From an uncultured Gammaproteobacteria bacterium (GTDB lineage Bacteria > Patescibacteriota > Microgenomatia > Levybacterales > UBA12049), in NCBI GenBank assembly GCA_964598355.1, contig CAZRBN010000002.1, positions 1-46,611 of the forward strand: DNA of 46,611 nt, given 5' to 3'. How positions within the stretch are numbered: the first letter of the stretch is position 1; every line of letters begins with the position of its first letter. Below are positions 35,755-45,041 of the stretch, piece after piece. A model generated the notes under the pieces. That model had not been told where the DNA came from, searched no databases, and saw only the letters and a program-made list of their open reading frames with translations. The position numbers and the translations under genes were made by a program.

Positions 35755-36528
35755 TTAAAAGGTTGGGATAGCGATATATGTTACGGTATTGTTGTAGGTT
35801 GCAGGCTGTTGGGAAGCTGAAACATTGACTTTGTAGGTTATTCCTCCAGAGCTTCCTGCTGTTTTGGTTGTTCCATTCATAATGATTTGTGCGCTTTTCC
35901 CAAGCTCGCTGTTAGCAAATGCTTTGTATGCATTGGTTGTTGAAAAATCAGCTACACAATCTGTACCAAGGATATTGTCGCATCGATACCCAAAGCCGTA
36001 GGTAAGCGTGTTAATCCAGACAGAGGCTGTTGTATCACTGCAGAGGCCTGTATCGCAGGTAGTATCTGGAATAATGGTGTTTGCTGTTTTGAGTGGGTGG
36101 TTTTCACGGCCAGTAATGGTGTAGGTAAAGGGTTGGCTTCCGCTGACTGTGAGCGTATTGGTACGACTGACAGGATTGGTTGGGTCAATTGTTCCAAAGT
36201 CAATTGCAGTTGGTGAGACAGTAAAGGTAAAGGTAGGCGTTCCACTTGAGGTAGAGGATATTGTTTGGTTGCAGAAGATCCCTCCATAGAATCCAGCACA
36301 GAGTTTGTAATTTGTCCCTGTATAGAGACCGGGAGCGAGTTCTCCTGAAGTGAAGGTGAGCTTGTTATTCCCTCCTGAGACTTGACCTGCTATAGAGTTA
36401 AAGTTGCCTAGGTTGATAATAAAGAAGTCATTAGCCATCCTAAACGCAAACGAAGTTTGCGTAATAAACAAATAAACAAATAAACAAATAGACAAATGTA
36501 AAAAGAAAGTAGGCAGAAATATTCTCAT
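35755..36528 (-). CDS. hypothetical secreted Thr/Gly/Asn-rich beta protein (possibly WxL-like)
   Basis: Signal peptide (HLSICLFVYLFITQTSFA) and no TM helix. The C-terminal ...ATYNNTVTYIAIPTF is loosely reminiscent of WxL-domain ends. Confidence 0.7.
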   Translation of the reverse strand: MRIFLPTFFLHLSICLFVYLFITQTSFAFRMANDFFIINLGNFNSIAGQVSGGNNKLTFTSGELAPGLYTGTNYKLCAGFYGGIFCNQTISSTSSGTPTFTFTVSPTAIDFGTIDPTNPVSRTNTLTVSGSQPFTYTITGRENHPLKTANTIIPDTTCDTGLCSDTTASVWINTLTYGFGYRCDNILGTDCVADFSTTNAYKAFANSELGKSAQIIMNGTTKTAGSSGGITYKVNVSASQQPATYNNTVTYIAIPTF

Positions 36529-36561
36529 AGAATGTGACTATTGGATTATTTGAATATTTGT

Positions 36562-37200
36562 TTATTTTTGAGAAGTTTCACTTCTCAAATCCTCAGTTTG
36601 TTCCAATATCTCATTGAGCTTTGCCACGTCTTCTTCCTTCAGATTCTTTTTCTCATTTTTAATAACATCTTCTACATCCTGAGAAATAGTATCTGCTGCT
36701 TCTTCGCTTCTCTCCTGAAGCTCTTCTATCTCTTCTTCTTGCTTTTCACGGTCTTTGTATTCCTTGCCAAAGAAATAGGGTAGAGGAGCAATCAGGATAA
36801 AAGATCCTAATTGGATATATGTACCCAAAGAACCACCGTTTTTAAGGACTTCAGGCACAAACATTGCAACAGTACAGAGTGCATACACAAAAACTGTTTC
36901 TGGTTCAAATATAAAAGTAATGCCAAAGCCTAAGAAGTAGAGAAGAAAGAAAAACCAACTTGTCATTTGTCCAGTTGCATAAATCAGAAGAAAGATAACA
37001 GTATTTAAGATAAAAATGTCTGGAATTCCACCAGCAAAGGCGTCTTTTTTCTGTCTGTGGCGTATAAAACTAAGTATAATGTAGATCAGAATGAGCCCCG
37101 CAAGGCCTTGAATGACATATGTATTCAAAAATGTTTGCTCCCATAGAAAAATGAATCCAAAAGAGCAAAGCAATACAAGCGCGTGGAGAATAAACTTCAT
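36562..37200 (-). CDS. hypothetical polytopic membrane protein with acidic coiled-coil tail
   Basis: About five hydrophobic helices, then EKQEEEIEELQERSEEAADTISQDVEDVIKNEKK. First gene of a three-gene minus-strand operon. Confidence 0.7.
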   Translation of the reverse strand: MKFILHALVLLCSFGFIFLWEQTFLNTYVIQGLAGLILIYIILSFIRHRQKKDAFAGGIPDIFILNTVIFLLIYATGQMTSWFFFLLYFLGFGITFIFEPETVFVYALCTVAMFVPEVLKNGGSLGTYIQLGSFILIAPLPYFFGKEYKDREKQEEEIEELQERSEEAADTISQDVEDVIKNEKKNLKEEDVAKLNEILEQTEDLRSETSQK

Positions 37201-37508
37201 ATAGAGATAGTAAAGGATTTTGCTGATAGAGGCAAGAGATTAAGGCTCTTAAAAGAGCCAAAGCGAACATAAAAGACAAAGGAGAAAAGGGGAGAGCATT
37301 ATGCCTGTTCTACTCACTACTCTTTTTTAGGTGTTTTCTCTTTTTTCTTCTCCCATTTATTCTGTTTTGTTCTTTTGGTATATAATCTTACTCCTTAAGA
37401 TTCCAATATGTATCGCGACTTATTCATTCAAAGATACCGTAGGTAATACTTAAGACGACTAGATACAATATACTTTATACTAGGTACCATCTTTGGTATA
37501 CTAGGTAT

Positions 37509-40079
37509 ATGAAGAGCAAGGTTAAAAGTGAAAAAATAAAAATGGAAAGTGTAGAATCCTCAGATTCGAAGAGCTCAGGATATCGTGGAGCAAATGATAC
37601 CAGATATTTCCCCTCTCAAATTGAAGAGAAATGGCAATCTGTGTGGAAAGATGCTGGATTATATAAATTTGGTTCAGAAGGGGGTTCAAAAGGCAAGTAT
37701 TATACCTTAGTTGAGCTCCCATATCCTTCAGGAGATTTGCATATTGGTCACTGGTTTACGTTTGTCGCACCCGATGTTTTGTCTCGCTTTAAAAAAATGC
37801 AAGGCTATAATGTCTTTTTTCCCATGGGATACGATGCATTTGGCCTGCCTGCAGAGAATGCTGCTATCAAACGCGGTATCCATCCAAAAGATTGGACTGA
37901 AAAAAATATTGAGACCATGACCAAACAATTTGAGACCATGGGGACAATGATTGATTGGGATCATGTCACCATAACCTGCAAGCCTGAGTACTACAAATGG
38001 AATCAATGGATTTTCCAGAAAATGTATGAACGAGGGATTGCTTACAAAGGGAAAAAGCTATCAAACTGGTGCCCAGTAGATCAAACTGTCTTAGCAAACG
38101 AGCATGTAGAGGATGGAAGATGTTGGAGATGTGGATCGGTTGTTATCCAAAAGGAAGTCGAGCAATGGTTTTTAAAGATTACTGACTATGCAGAAAAATT
38201 ACTTTGGAATGAAAATGGAAATGGGGTTGACTGGCCAAAATCAGTTATGGTTGCCCAAAATGATTGGATAGGGAAGAAAGATGGAATAGAGATAACCTAT
38301 CCTGTTGTTATTGAAGAGCCAAAGGAGACAAAAGGGGAAGGTTTAACAGTTACTGTATTTACAACTCGCCCTGATACAAATTTTGGTGCAACTTTTGTTG
38401 CTCTAGCTCCTGAACACCCATTGGTTGAAAAGATCCTGAAACAAGTTCAAGATGAAAAAATTAAGGAGGAAGTGAGAGCTTATGTACAAGCAGCCTCGGA
38501 AAAAACAGAGCTTGAACGAAAAGAAGAAGGAAAAGATAAATCTGGAGCATTTACTGGTGCTTATGCAATTAATCAGTTAACTGGCTATAAAATGCCTATT
38601 TGGGTATCAGATTTTGTGTTAATGAACTTTGGAACAGGGGTTTTGGTTGGGGTTCCTGCACATGATAAGCGGGATTTTGAATTTGCAAATAAGTTTGGAT
38701 TGGAGATCAAAAGAGTAGTTGTTGGCAGTGATGGAGATACATCGCCAATTACCACAATAGAGAATGTCCAGGAAGAGGAAGGAACGATGATTCATTCGGA
38801 TTTCCTTAATGGTATGGATATTCATGATGCCACACAAAAGAGTATGGATTATATGGAGGAGAAAGGGTGGGGGAAAAGGGTTGTTACCTATCATCTGCAT
38901 GACTGGTCCGTCTCACGGCAGAGATATTGGGGAACGCCTGTCCCAATGATTGACTGTGAAAAATGTGGTATCGTGCCTGTTCCTGAAGACCAACTACCGG
39001 TTGAATTGCCCTACGATGTAGACTACCAGCCAAAAGGCAAGGCTCCTTTAGCTTCAAATGAAGCATGGATGAACGTTACCTGTCCACAGTGTGGAGGTTC
39101 TGCAAGACGAGATCCAGAGACACTAGACACCTTCTTTGACTCATCCTGGTATTACTATCGATATGTTGATCCACACTATAAGGAAGGGCCTTTCGACAAG
39201 CATAGGGTAAAAGAACTTTTACCGGTTGATATTTACTTTGGTGGAGGAGAGCATACATTGGGTCATACATTGTATGCCAGATTTTTCACAAAATTCTTTA
39301 AAGACTTAGGGTTGGTTGATTTTGACGAATTTGCTTTAAAAAGAGTGCAACATGGGATTGTTTTGGGTCCAGATGGGAATAAGATGAGTAAATCCAAGGG
39401 GAATGTTATCAATCCTGATCAATTGGTGAAGGAATTTGGAACGGATGCGGTACGAGTCTATTTATCATTTATGATGCCATATAGCGCGACCGGGCCATGG
39501 TCTACAACTGCTATGTATGGGATGTTTAAGTTTCTGAAGCGGGTCTGGGATTTACGAGATAAGGTTGGAGAGGCAGAAATGACTAAAACTGATCTTTTCC
39601 ATATGCACTCTACCATTCAAAAAGTCGGTGATGATATTGCAGCAACGAAATTTAATACTGCGGTGGCTGAAATGATGAAGTGGCTCAACCATTTGGAGTC
39701 TAAAGAGACAGTAAGTGAGGAAGAATATAGAAATTTACTCCTCATTCTTGCTCCTTTTGCTCCACATATGACAGAAGAATTGTGGCAGTTAGATAGATTG
39801 GCTGAGAGTGAAGAAGGAGATATTGCATTCAAATCGATTCACAGCGAATCATGGCCTGCTGTTGAAGAATCATTATTAGTAGCAGAAGAGATAACCGTTG
39901 TTGTCCAGGTCAATGGCAAGATGAGAGCTTCTTTAACCGTTAAGGGTGAAGCGTCAAGGGTGAAGGAGGAAATAGAAAAGTTAGCACTGGAGAATGAAAG
40001 GGTACAAGAATATTTGAATGGGAAAACTATCAAACAAACTTTTTTTGTTCCTCAAAAGCTGATCAACTTCGTAATTTAG
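37509..40079 (+). CDS. leuS: leucine--tRNA ligase
   Basis: HIGH motif (PSGDLHIGHW), KMSKS motif (NKMSKSKGN), CP1 editing domain and zinc-binding cysteines (CWRCG; CPQCG). Collinear with bacterial LeuRS. ATG 37542 is an alternative start. Confidence 0.95.
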   Translation: MKSKVKSEKIKMESVESSDSKSSGYRGANDTRYFPSQIEEKWQSVWKDAGLYKFGSEGGSKGKYYTLVELPYPSGDLHIGHWFTFVAPDVLSRFKKMQGYNVFFPMGYDAFGLPAENAAIKRGIHPKDWTEKNIETMTKQFETMGTMIDWDHVTITCKPEYYKWNQWIFQKMYERGIAYKGKKLSNWCPVDQTVLANEHVEDGRCWRCGSVVIQKEVEQWFLKITDYAEKLLWNENGNGVDWPKSVMVAQNDWIGKKDGIEITYPVVIEEPKETKGEGLTVTVFTTRPDTNFGATFVALAPEHPLVEKILKQVQDEKIKEEVRAYVQAASEKTELERKEEGKDKSGAFTGAYAINQLTGYKMPIWVSDFVLMNFGTGVLVGVPAHDKRDFEFANKFGLEIKRVVVGSDGDTSPITTIENVQEEEGTMIHSDFLNGMDIHDATQKSMDYMEEKGWGKRVVTYHLHDWSVSRQRYWGTPVPMIDCEKCGIVPVPEDQLPVELPYDVDYQPKGKAPLASNEAWMNVTCPQCGGSARRDPETLDTFFDSSWYYYRYVDPHYKEGPFDKHRVKELLPVDIYFGGGEHTLGHTLYARFFTKFFKDLGLVDFDEFALKRVQHGIVLGPDGNKMSKSKGNVINPDQLVKEFGTDAVRVYLSFMMPYSATGPWSTTAMYGMFKFLKRVWDLRDKVGEAEMTKTDLFHMHSTIQKVGDDIAATKFNTAVAEMMKWLNHLESKETVSEEEYRNLLLILAPFAPHMTEELWQLDRLAESEEGDIAFKSIHSESWPAVEESLLVAEEITVVVQVNGKMRASLTVKGEASRVKEEIEKLALENERVQEYLNGKTIKQTFFVPQKLINFVI

Positions 40080-40282
40080 CCTGCCAACACAGGTAAATCT
40101 GCAGTAAGAAGTTTACAATCAGGTGTAAGAGCCGAGTGCTAATGGTGAAAACAGTATTCTATTGTCAGATCGTGAAAAAAAGGTCAATTTGAGCTCAATT
40201 TTTATTATCTTAGGCATTAGAACTTTTGACATCTGATATTGAAAATTGGATATTCTATCCAGAAAGAATGTATTGAGATATT

Positions 40283-40864
40283 GTGAAAGAAAAAACTTTG
40301 GAAGTGCTTAAAAAAATCCCTCCTTTTTACTACCTTCCAATCCTCATTTTTGTGGCTAGCATGATATCTTTAGTAACTGTTTTGATCCAGTTAACACAAA
40401 AAACACAGATGATAACAAATTAATACTGAATCAAGATCAACAAGAGCAGCTAACTAAAGGCTCCACAGAGATGTTGAGGGAGCAGTCCTTCACCAGGAGT
40501 CTATTTACTGCCAGCCGGATTACAGATAAAAGATACATTACTCTCTGCTGGAGGACTGAGCAGAGAATAATGCAGAGCAGTTATTTCCAAGCAATTAAAT
40601 TTTAGCTGTGAAGTTAGCAGACGGAGCAAAAGTGTATATTTCGTGTATTGCTGATGCGATACAAAATCAAACGTTTCTGCTGACAACTACAGGTCTGCTT
40701 AGTATTGATACAGCAACTACAGAAGAGTTGGATAATTTGCCCGGAATAGGGCAGGTGATGCCCAAAAAAATATAGCCTTTGGCAGTATAGAAAATTTGGT
40801 GACAAAGAAAGTTGTAAGCAATTCCGTCTACCAAAAGATAAAAGGAAAAGTGACTGTGTGTTAA
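40283..40864 (+). pseudogene. comEA: comEA-like (helix-hairpin-helix DNA receptor) pseudogene
   Basis: Conserved ComEA segments lie in at least two frames and are broken by stops. They are the N-terminal TM (IPPFYYLPILIFVASMISLVTVL, then TAA at 40421), VYLLPAGLQIKDTLLSAGGLSRE*, ILAVKLADGAKVYIS, LLSIDTATTEELDNLPGIGQVMPKKI* and FGSIENLVTKKVVSNSVYQKIKGKVTVC*. Confidence 0.7.
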
Positions 40865-40865
40865 C

Positions 40866-41921
40866 ATGAAGCGTCAAGCGTTAACCGTAAACAAATTTTT
40901 AAAACCGGTTAACGCTTTCTTTATGTCCAGACTTTTCTCTATTTTGTCTTAGGTCATTATTTTAGTAGTCGTAATTCGTCTTGTCCTTTTGTTCTCTTTT
41001 TCTCTAGAAATTTCTGATAATGAAAATATGCATTTCACATAAAACATTTTTGATGATCCAAAAGTAGTTAACAGTAACGAACAGTGAAAGTGAGTTATGG
41101 AACTTTCTGGTAATCAACGCCAATAACCATTCTCACGACGTTTACAATAACACTAACCTAGCTGATACGGCAGAAATTACTAGCAGAGTTAATTTTAAAT
41201 TGCTAAAAAACAAATAGCATGTAATAGCAATCTCTTCCCCGCAAATCAAAGCTAAAAAGCAAGCAGTTATGCCCATTTTTGCAAGAATGAGGCAAGGAGT
41301 TAACGCTTTTTGTGAAAATACGTTTTCACAACCATACAGCAGCCATGCTACTGGGGGTAAAGAATGCTCTTCAAGACGTGTAACTAGATCATTCCCCATC
41401 ACAGGTATAAGTCATGTTGTTACTGCATCTGTCATGAATGTGACACTTGTTACTGGTTTTTACTAAGTCTTTTTTGAAGACTTCTTAAAAGACAGCGGGT
41501 AATACTTTTTCGTATGGTAGGAATTGTTGGGTATATGATTTTGTCAGAACTTGATGTATCAATTCTTCGGACGGGGATAATGGGAGTATTGGTTTTTGGT
41601 GTAAAACTTTTTGGCAGACAGTATACAGTATTGTTAGTCTCTCTATTAATGACCGAAATTTTACTGTTGTATGAACCAGCACTTTTTGGCGATATTGGTT
41701 TTCAACTGTCAGCCCTAGCAACAGTGTGGATGGTTTTTCTCAAACCGCTGATTCCTTTGAAAGGATTTTTACTGACGATTTTGGGGCAACAGTTGCAGCA
41801 TAGAGCAACATTGCCGGTCATGCTGTCGACTTTTGAAAATTACGGACTCGTATTAATTTTAGTCAATACAGTGGTACTCTGGACTATTCCGACCATCACA
41901 GTTTTGGTGAATTTAGAATAA
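40866..41921 (+). pseudogene. comEC: comEC/rec2-like competence channel pseudogene (fragmented and shortened)
   Basis: Fragments match the ComEC competence domain but are separated by stops and frameshifts. They are ...FPITGISHVVTASVMNVTLVTGF (cf. TG.SHLLAISG.H) and LRTGIMGVLVFGVKLFGRQ...GDIGFQLSALATV (cf. RA.IM...GFQLSF.A). The total is far shorter than intact ComEC. Confidence 0.65.
40876..40917. repeat. perfect 12-bp inverted repeat AAGCGTTAACCG / CGGTTAACGCTT with 18-nt spacer
   Basis: Read directly: arms at 40876-40887 and 40906-40917. Member of the dispersed AAGCGTTAAC motif family. Confidence 0.9.
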
Positions 41922-42112
41922 CTCTAGGTTTTATTTTTCAATCATTTTGACAGGTGATTCTTTTCCTCACTTTTCCATTTCTTTGGTAATTTGAAAGAGT
42001 GGTTGAGTATTTTGTAGCGTTGCTTTTGTTTGCCAAGTGACACAGTGGCAGATATTTTTGCGTGTTGGATAGTATCTAATACTGATAAGTATTTTTGTTT
42101 TCTTAAAAGATA

Positions 42113-43882
42113 TTAATTTAATACCCGTGGGGTATACTGTTCCAAAACTTGTTGTAATTTTGGATTGAGAAGCGTTTTTTTCTCTTCTTGAGCAACTGGA
42201 AGGGTAAAGAAAACGGTTGTCCCTTGTTGAGGAGTTGAATTGATATAGATATTGCCTCCATGAGCTTCAACAATACCCTTGGCAATATACAGCCCCAGCC
42301 CTGTTCCTTCAGACAATTCAGGATTCTGAGCATGTTTTATCTGGGAAAACTTGTTAAAGAGCATTTTCTGCTTTTCTAAAGGTATGCCAATGCCAGTATC
42401 TGTTACCGATACCAATATGCCTGGATTAGTGAGCGTGTGAGGAAGCTGCCGATTATATTGGCTTACTACTTTTATTTTAATCTCTCCGCCGAAAGGAGTG
42501 AATTTGAGACTGTTGGAAATAAGGTTATTCACTACTTGGTCAATTCTAGTTGTATCAATAAATGCCTGAGGTAGAGTGTCTTCCATGGATCCGGTTATCT
42601 TAATATGTTTTCTCTCTGCTTCTGGCTGGAATAATTCGATACTTTCAGTGATTACTTTTCCGATATCATTTGGTGCCTGCCAGATAGTAAAGTGGCCTGC
42701 CTCGAGCTTGGCAGCATCCAGAAGTGAATTAATATCGTTGAGGAGTCTTTTTGACTGCTCATCAATAATAATGGCTAGTCTTTGCTGACTTTGCTGAAGG
42801 TGAGGGTCTTGAATCAGAATCTCGGCTGCGGCCCTCATGGCAGTAAGAGGCGAGCGAAGTTCGTGAACAACAGCATTGGTAAAGTCTTCTTTCATCTGTT
42901 GGAGTGATTTTTCAAGCGTAATATCGTGAATAAGGACTGTTACTCCCATAATCTTTTTTTCTTGGCTGCTTGCAATATCCTCGTTAGGACCAAAAACAGG
43001 CGTTACAATAACCTGAACAGTCTTTTCAACTAACAGAAGCTCCTTTACTTCAATAGTTTTTCCAAGACTTAATGCTTCTTTTATTTTTGTTCCAAAGTCA
43101 GATTGCTTGGAAAGCATATTTACTGCGTCAAAAATGGTTGGATTGGTGAGGTGGGGAATGCCGAGGAGGTTTTTTGCAGCCTGATTGATAAGCGTGAGCT
43201 TGTAGGAGACATCAATCATAAGAATACCGTCAGCAAGACTGGCAATCATGGATAGCAATTTTTCCTGCTCTGTCGAGATAACTTCTTCTAATTTGGAAAG
43301 TGCATTGGAAGCAGAAGAAGTAAGCTGGTAGAGAATAGTCATATCTTCTTCTTTATAGAGACCTGGTTGAGTAGAGCAGATACTAATAAGCCCGACAATT
43401 TCTCCTTTGATTATGAGTGGAATATGGAAGAATGAAGCCAGTGGATTGGTATTGTCATCATCGACAATAAGACCTGTCTTAAATTCCTCAGAATGTTGTG
43501 GAAGAGGGTGATCCATAAGAGAGGCAAGTGAGGCAAGCATATTTTTTTTGACTTGCTCGACAAAATTTGTTCCAACCCGCTCTTCAAGGGCAATTTTGAA
43601 GACATACTTGTCTTGATGGATGACAATAGAAGATACTGTCGAATAGGGAAAGAGATTTTTGAGACTGCCTGTGAGAGTATCTATAACACGTTCCACATCT
43701 AAAGAGTAGCCAATTCTTTCTTGAAGAGTTTTAAGCACCGACAATTCGTACATTCTGCGCTTGCGACTGGCATCACGACTAACCAATTCTTTTCTAAGGC
43801 GTTGTTCGCGAATAGAAAAATAGACAGCCAAGACTCCGAAAAGCCCCATGCTGGCGAGAGAGAGGATAGTAGTGATATTCAT
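42113..43882 (-). CDS. sensor histidine kinase (TM, GAF-like, PAS-like, HisKA, HATPase_c)
   Basis: N-terminal TM (ILSLASMGLFGVLAVYF), H-box VVHELRSPLTAM, N-box NLISNSLKFT, and G-boxes DTGIGI and GTGLGLYIAKGIVEAHGG. Confidence 0.9.
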   Translation of the reverse strand: MNITTILSLASMGLFGVLAVYFSIREQRLRKELVSRDASRKRRMYELSVLKTLQERIGYSLDVERVIDTLTGSLKNLFPYSTVSSIVIHQDKYVFKIALEERVGTNFVEQVKKNMLASLASLMDHPLPQHSEEFKTGLIVDDDNTNPLASFFHIPLIIKGEIVGLISICSTQPGLYKEEDMTILYQLTSSASNALSKLEEVISTEQEKLLSMIASLADGILMIDVSYKLTLINQAAKNLLGIPHLTNPTIFDAVNMLSKQSDFGTKIKEALSLGKTIEVKELLLVEKTVQVIVTPVFGPNEDIASSQEKKIMGVTVLIHDITLEKSLQQMKEDFTNAVVHELRSPLTAMRAAAEILIQDPHLQQSQQRLAIIIDEQSKRLLNDINSLLDAAKLEAGHFTIWQAPNDIGKVITESIELFQPEAERKHIKITGSMEDTLPQAFIDTTRIDQVVNNLISNSLKFTPFGGEIKIKVVSQYNRQLPHTLTNPGILVSVTDTGIGIPLEKQKMLFNKFSQIKHAQNPELSEGTGLGLYIAKGIVEAHGGNIYINSTPQQGTTVFFTLPVAQEEKKTLLNPKLQQVLEQYTPRVLN

Positions 43883-43938
43883 ATATAGGAGCCAAAGGGG
43901 TTAAAAGAGCCAACTGAGCCATATGTTATCCCTTTGGC

Positions 43939-44301
43939 TCATTTCATTAAAGACTCGAGCTTGTCTCCTGTTTTTTTACTTCCGATAACAATAATGTAGG
44001 TGCCGATAACAAAGCATGCTTCTTTTGCAATCAGCATACCAATGGTTGCGACTTGGGGAAGCAGATTGGAATAGCCACTAACAACAAGATAAGAGCTGCC
44101 AGCATCAATAATAATACCAAGTGCTATACATAAAACGCCGAGAGAATTTGTTTTAAATCCTGAGGCTAAGATACCAGTGCCGAATTTTTTTGTGACAGAG
44201 GCCATAACAATTCCCGCAGCAATGGCAGCAAAAGCAGCGACAAAGGAGCCTGCTTCAACAATAATGGTTAATATTCGTTGTGTATCAATTCCTTCAAACA
44301 T
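43939..44301 (-). CDS. hypothetical small membrane protein (about 4 TM)
   Basis: 120-aa ORF rich in hydrophobic/Gly/Ala helices, located between the kinase and the Pro-rich protein on the same strand. Confidence 0.6.
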   Translation of the reverse strand: MFEGIDTQRILTIIVEAGSFVAAFAAIAAGIVMASVTKKFGTGILASGFKTNSLGVLCIALGIIIDAGSSYLVVSGYSNLLPQVATIGMLIAKEACFVIGTYIIVIGSKKTGDKLESLMK

Positions 44302-44396
44302 ATATTTAGCTTCTAGTTATTAGCTTTCAGATACTAGTTTTATAATTATCTTTCTTTACTTATCTGTCAACTAGCATCTAGTAACTGCTACCTGAC

Positions 44397-45041
44397 TTAG
44401 GCTGCCAACGGATTCGTCGCTGGTGTTGGCGGTGTGTTGGGTATAGATGCTTGTGGTTGTTCTGCGGATGGTGTCTCTGCCGAAGTCACAGGTTGTGGCT
44501 GTGAATTAGAAGTGGGTATTACTTCAAGCTGTGGTGGAGCAGGAGGTACAGGTGGTACGATAGTTTGAACAGCTTCAGGTAGAGGCGTTGGTGGAATTAA
44601 CTGTTGAGTAGGGAGGGAGACAGGTGCTGGAGGCTGATCTACGACTGGCGCAGGTTGGTTAGGAGCAGTTGGTTGTGTAGGTTGAGGGACAACAGGTACT
44701 GGAGCCTGATCTACAACTGGTGCTGGTTGGTTGGGGACAGTTGGTTGAATAGGTTGAGGTGTAGGCAATGGAGCTGGAGGAATTGGCTGCTGTGTAGCTA
44801 GCAAAGGTTCCATTGTTTTTTTAACAATAAGACCTGATAATTGCACAAATTGGTCTATAAGAGCTTGGATTACCTCCTGAGGGGAGCCTGCTACTTCAGT
44901 AACTGTTCCATCATTCAAGACTGTTAGCCCTTTCACGTTGCGTGCTTTTGAAAGAGTAATATCCGGACCCAGAATAACTATCTGTTTTTTTATAACTTCT
45001 GTTAAAAGATTTTTATAGTCTTGGGCAGATTGTGGTTGCAT
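44397..45041 (-). CDS. hypothetical protein: ~80-aa globular N-domain plus proline-rich repetitive tail
   Basis: 214-aa ORF. The tail contains the duplicated 24-aa unit PNQPAPVVDQ(A/P)P(V/A)PV. Confidence 0.7.
   Translation of the reverse strand: MQPQSAQDYKNLLTEVIKKQIVILGPDITLSKARNVKGLTVLNDGTVTEVAGSPQEVIQALIDQFVQLSGLIVKKTMEPLLATQQPIPPAPLPTPQPIQPTVPNQPAPVVDQAPVPVVPQPTQPTAPNQPAPVVDQPPAPVSLPTQQLIPPTPLPEAVQTIVPPVPPAPPQLEVIPTSNSQPQPVTSAETPSAEQPQASIPNTPPTPATNPLAA
44627..44770 (-). repeat. two tandem copies of a 72-nt (24-codon) unit in the proline-rich tail
   Basis: CTGGAGGCTGATCTACGACTGG... at 44627 is repeated as CTGGAGCCTGATCTACAACTGG... at 44699. Confidence 0.8.

Noticed and set aside
37387-37508. 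A T-box riboswitch in the leuS leader.
   Set aside because: No T-box consensus (AAUUAGGGUGGUACCGCG-like) or specifier-loop architecture could be found, and the leader is short.
40283-41921. The possibility that the many stops in the comEA/comEC region reflect an alternative genetic code (for example UGA recoding, as in some candidate phyla).
   Set aside because: The interruptions use TAA, TAG and TGA, and they also include frameshifts. All flanking long genes, including the 13.8-kb ORF, read through with the standard code.
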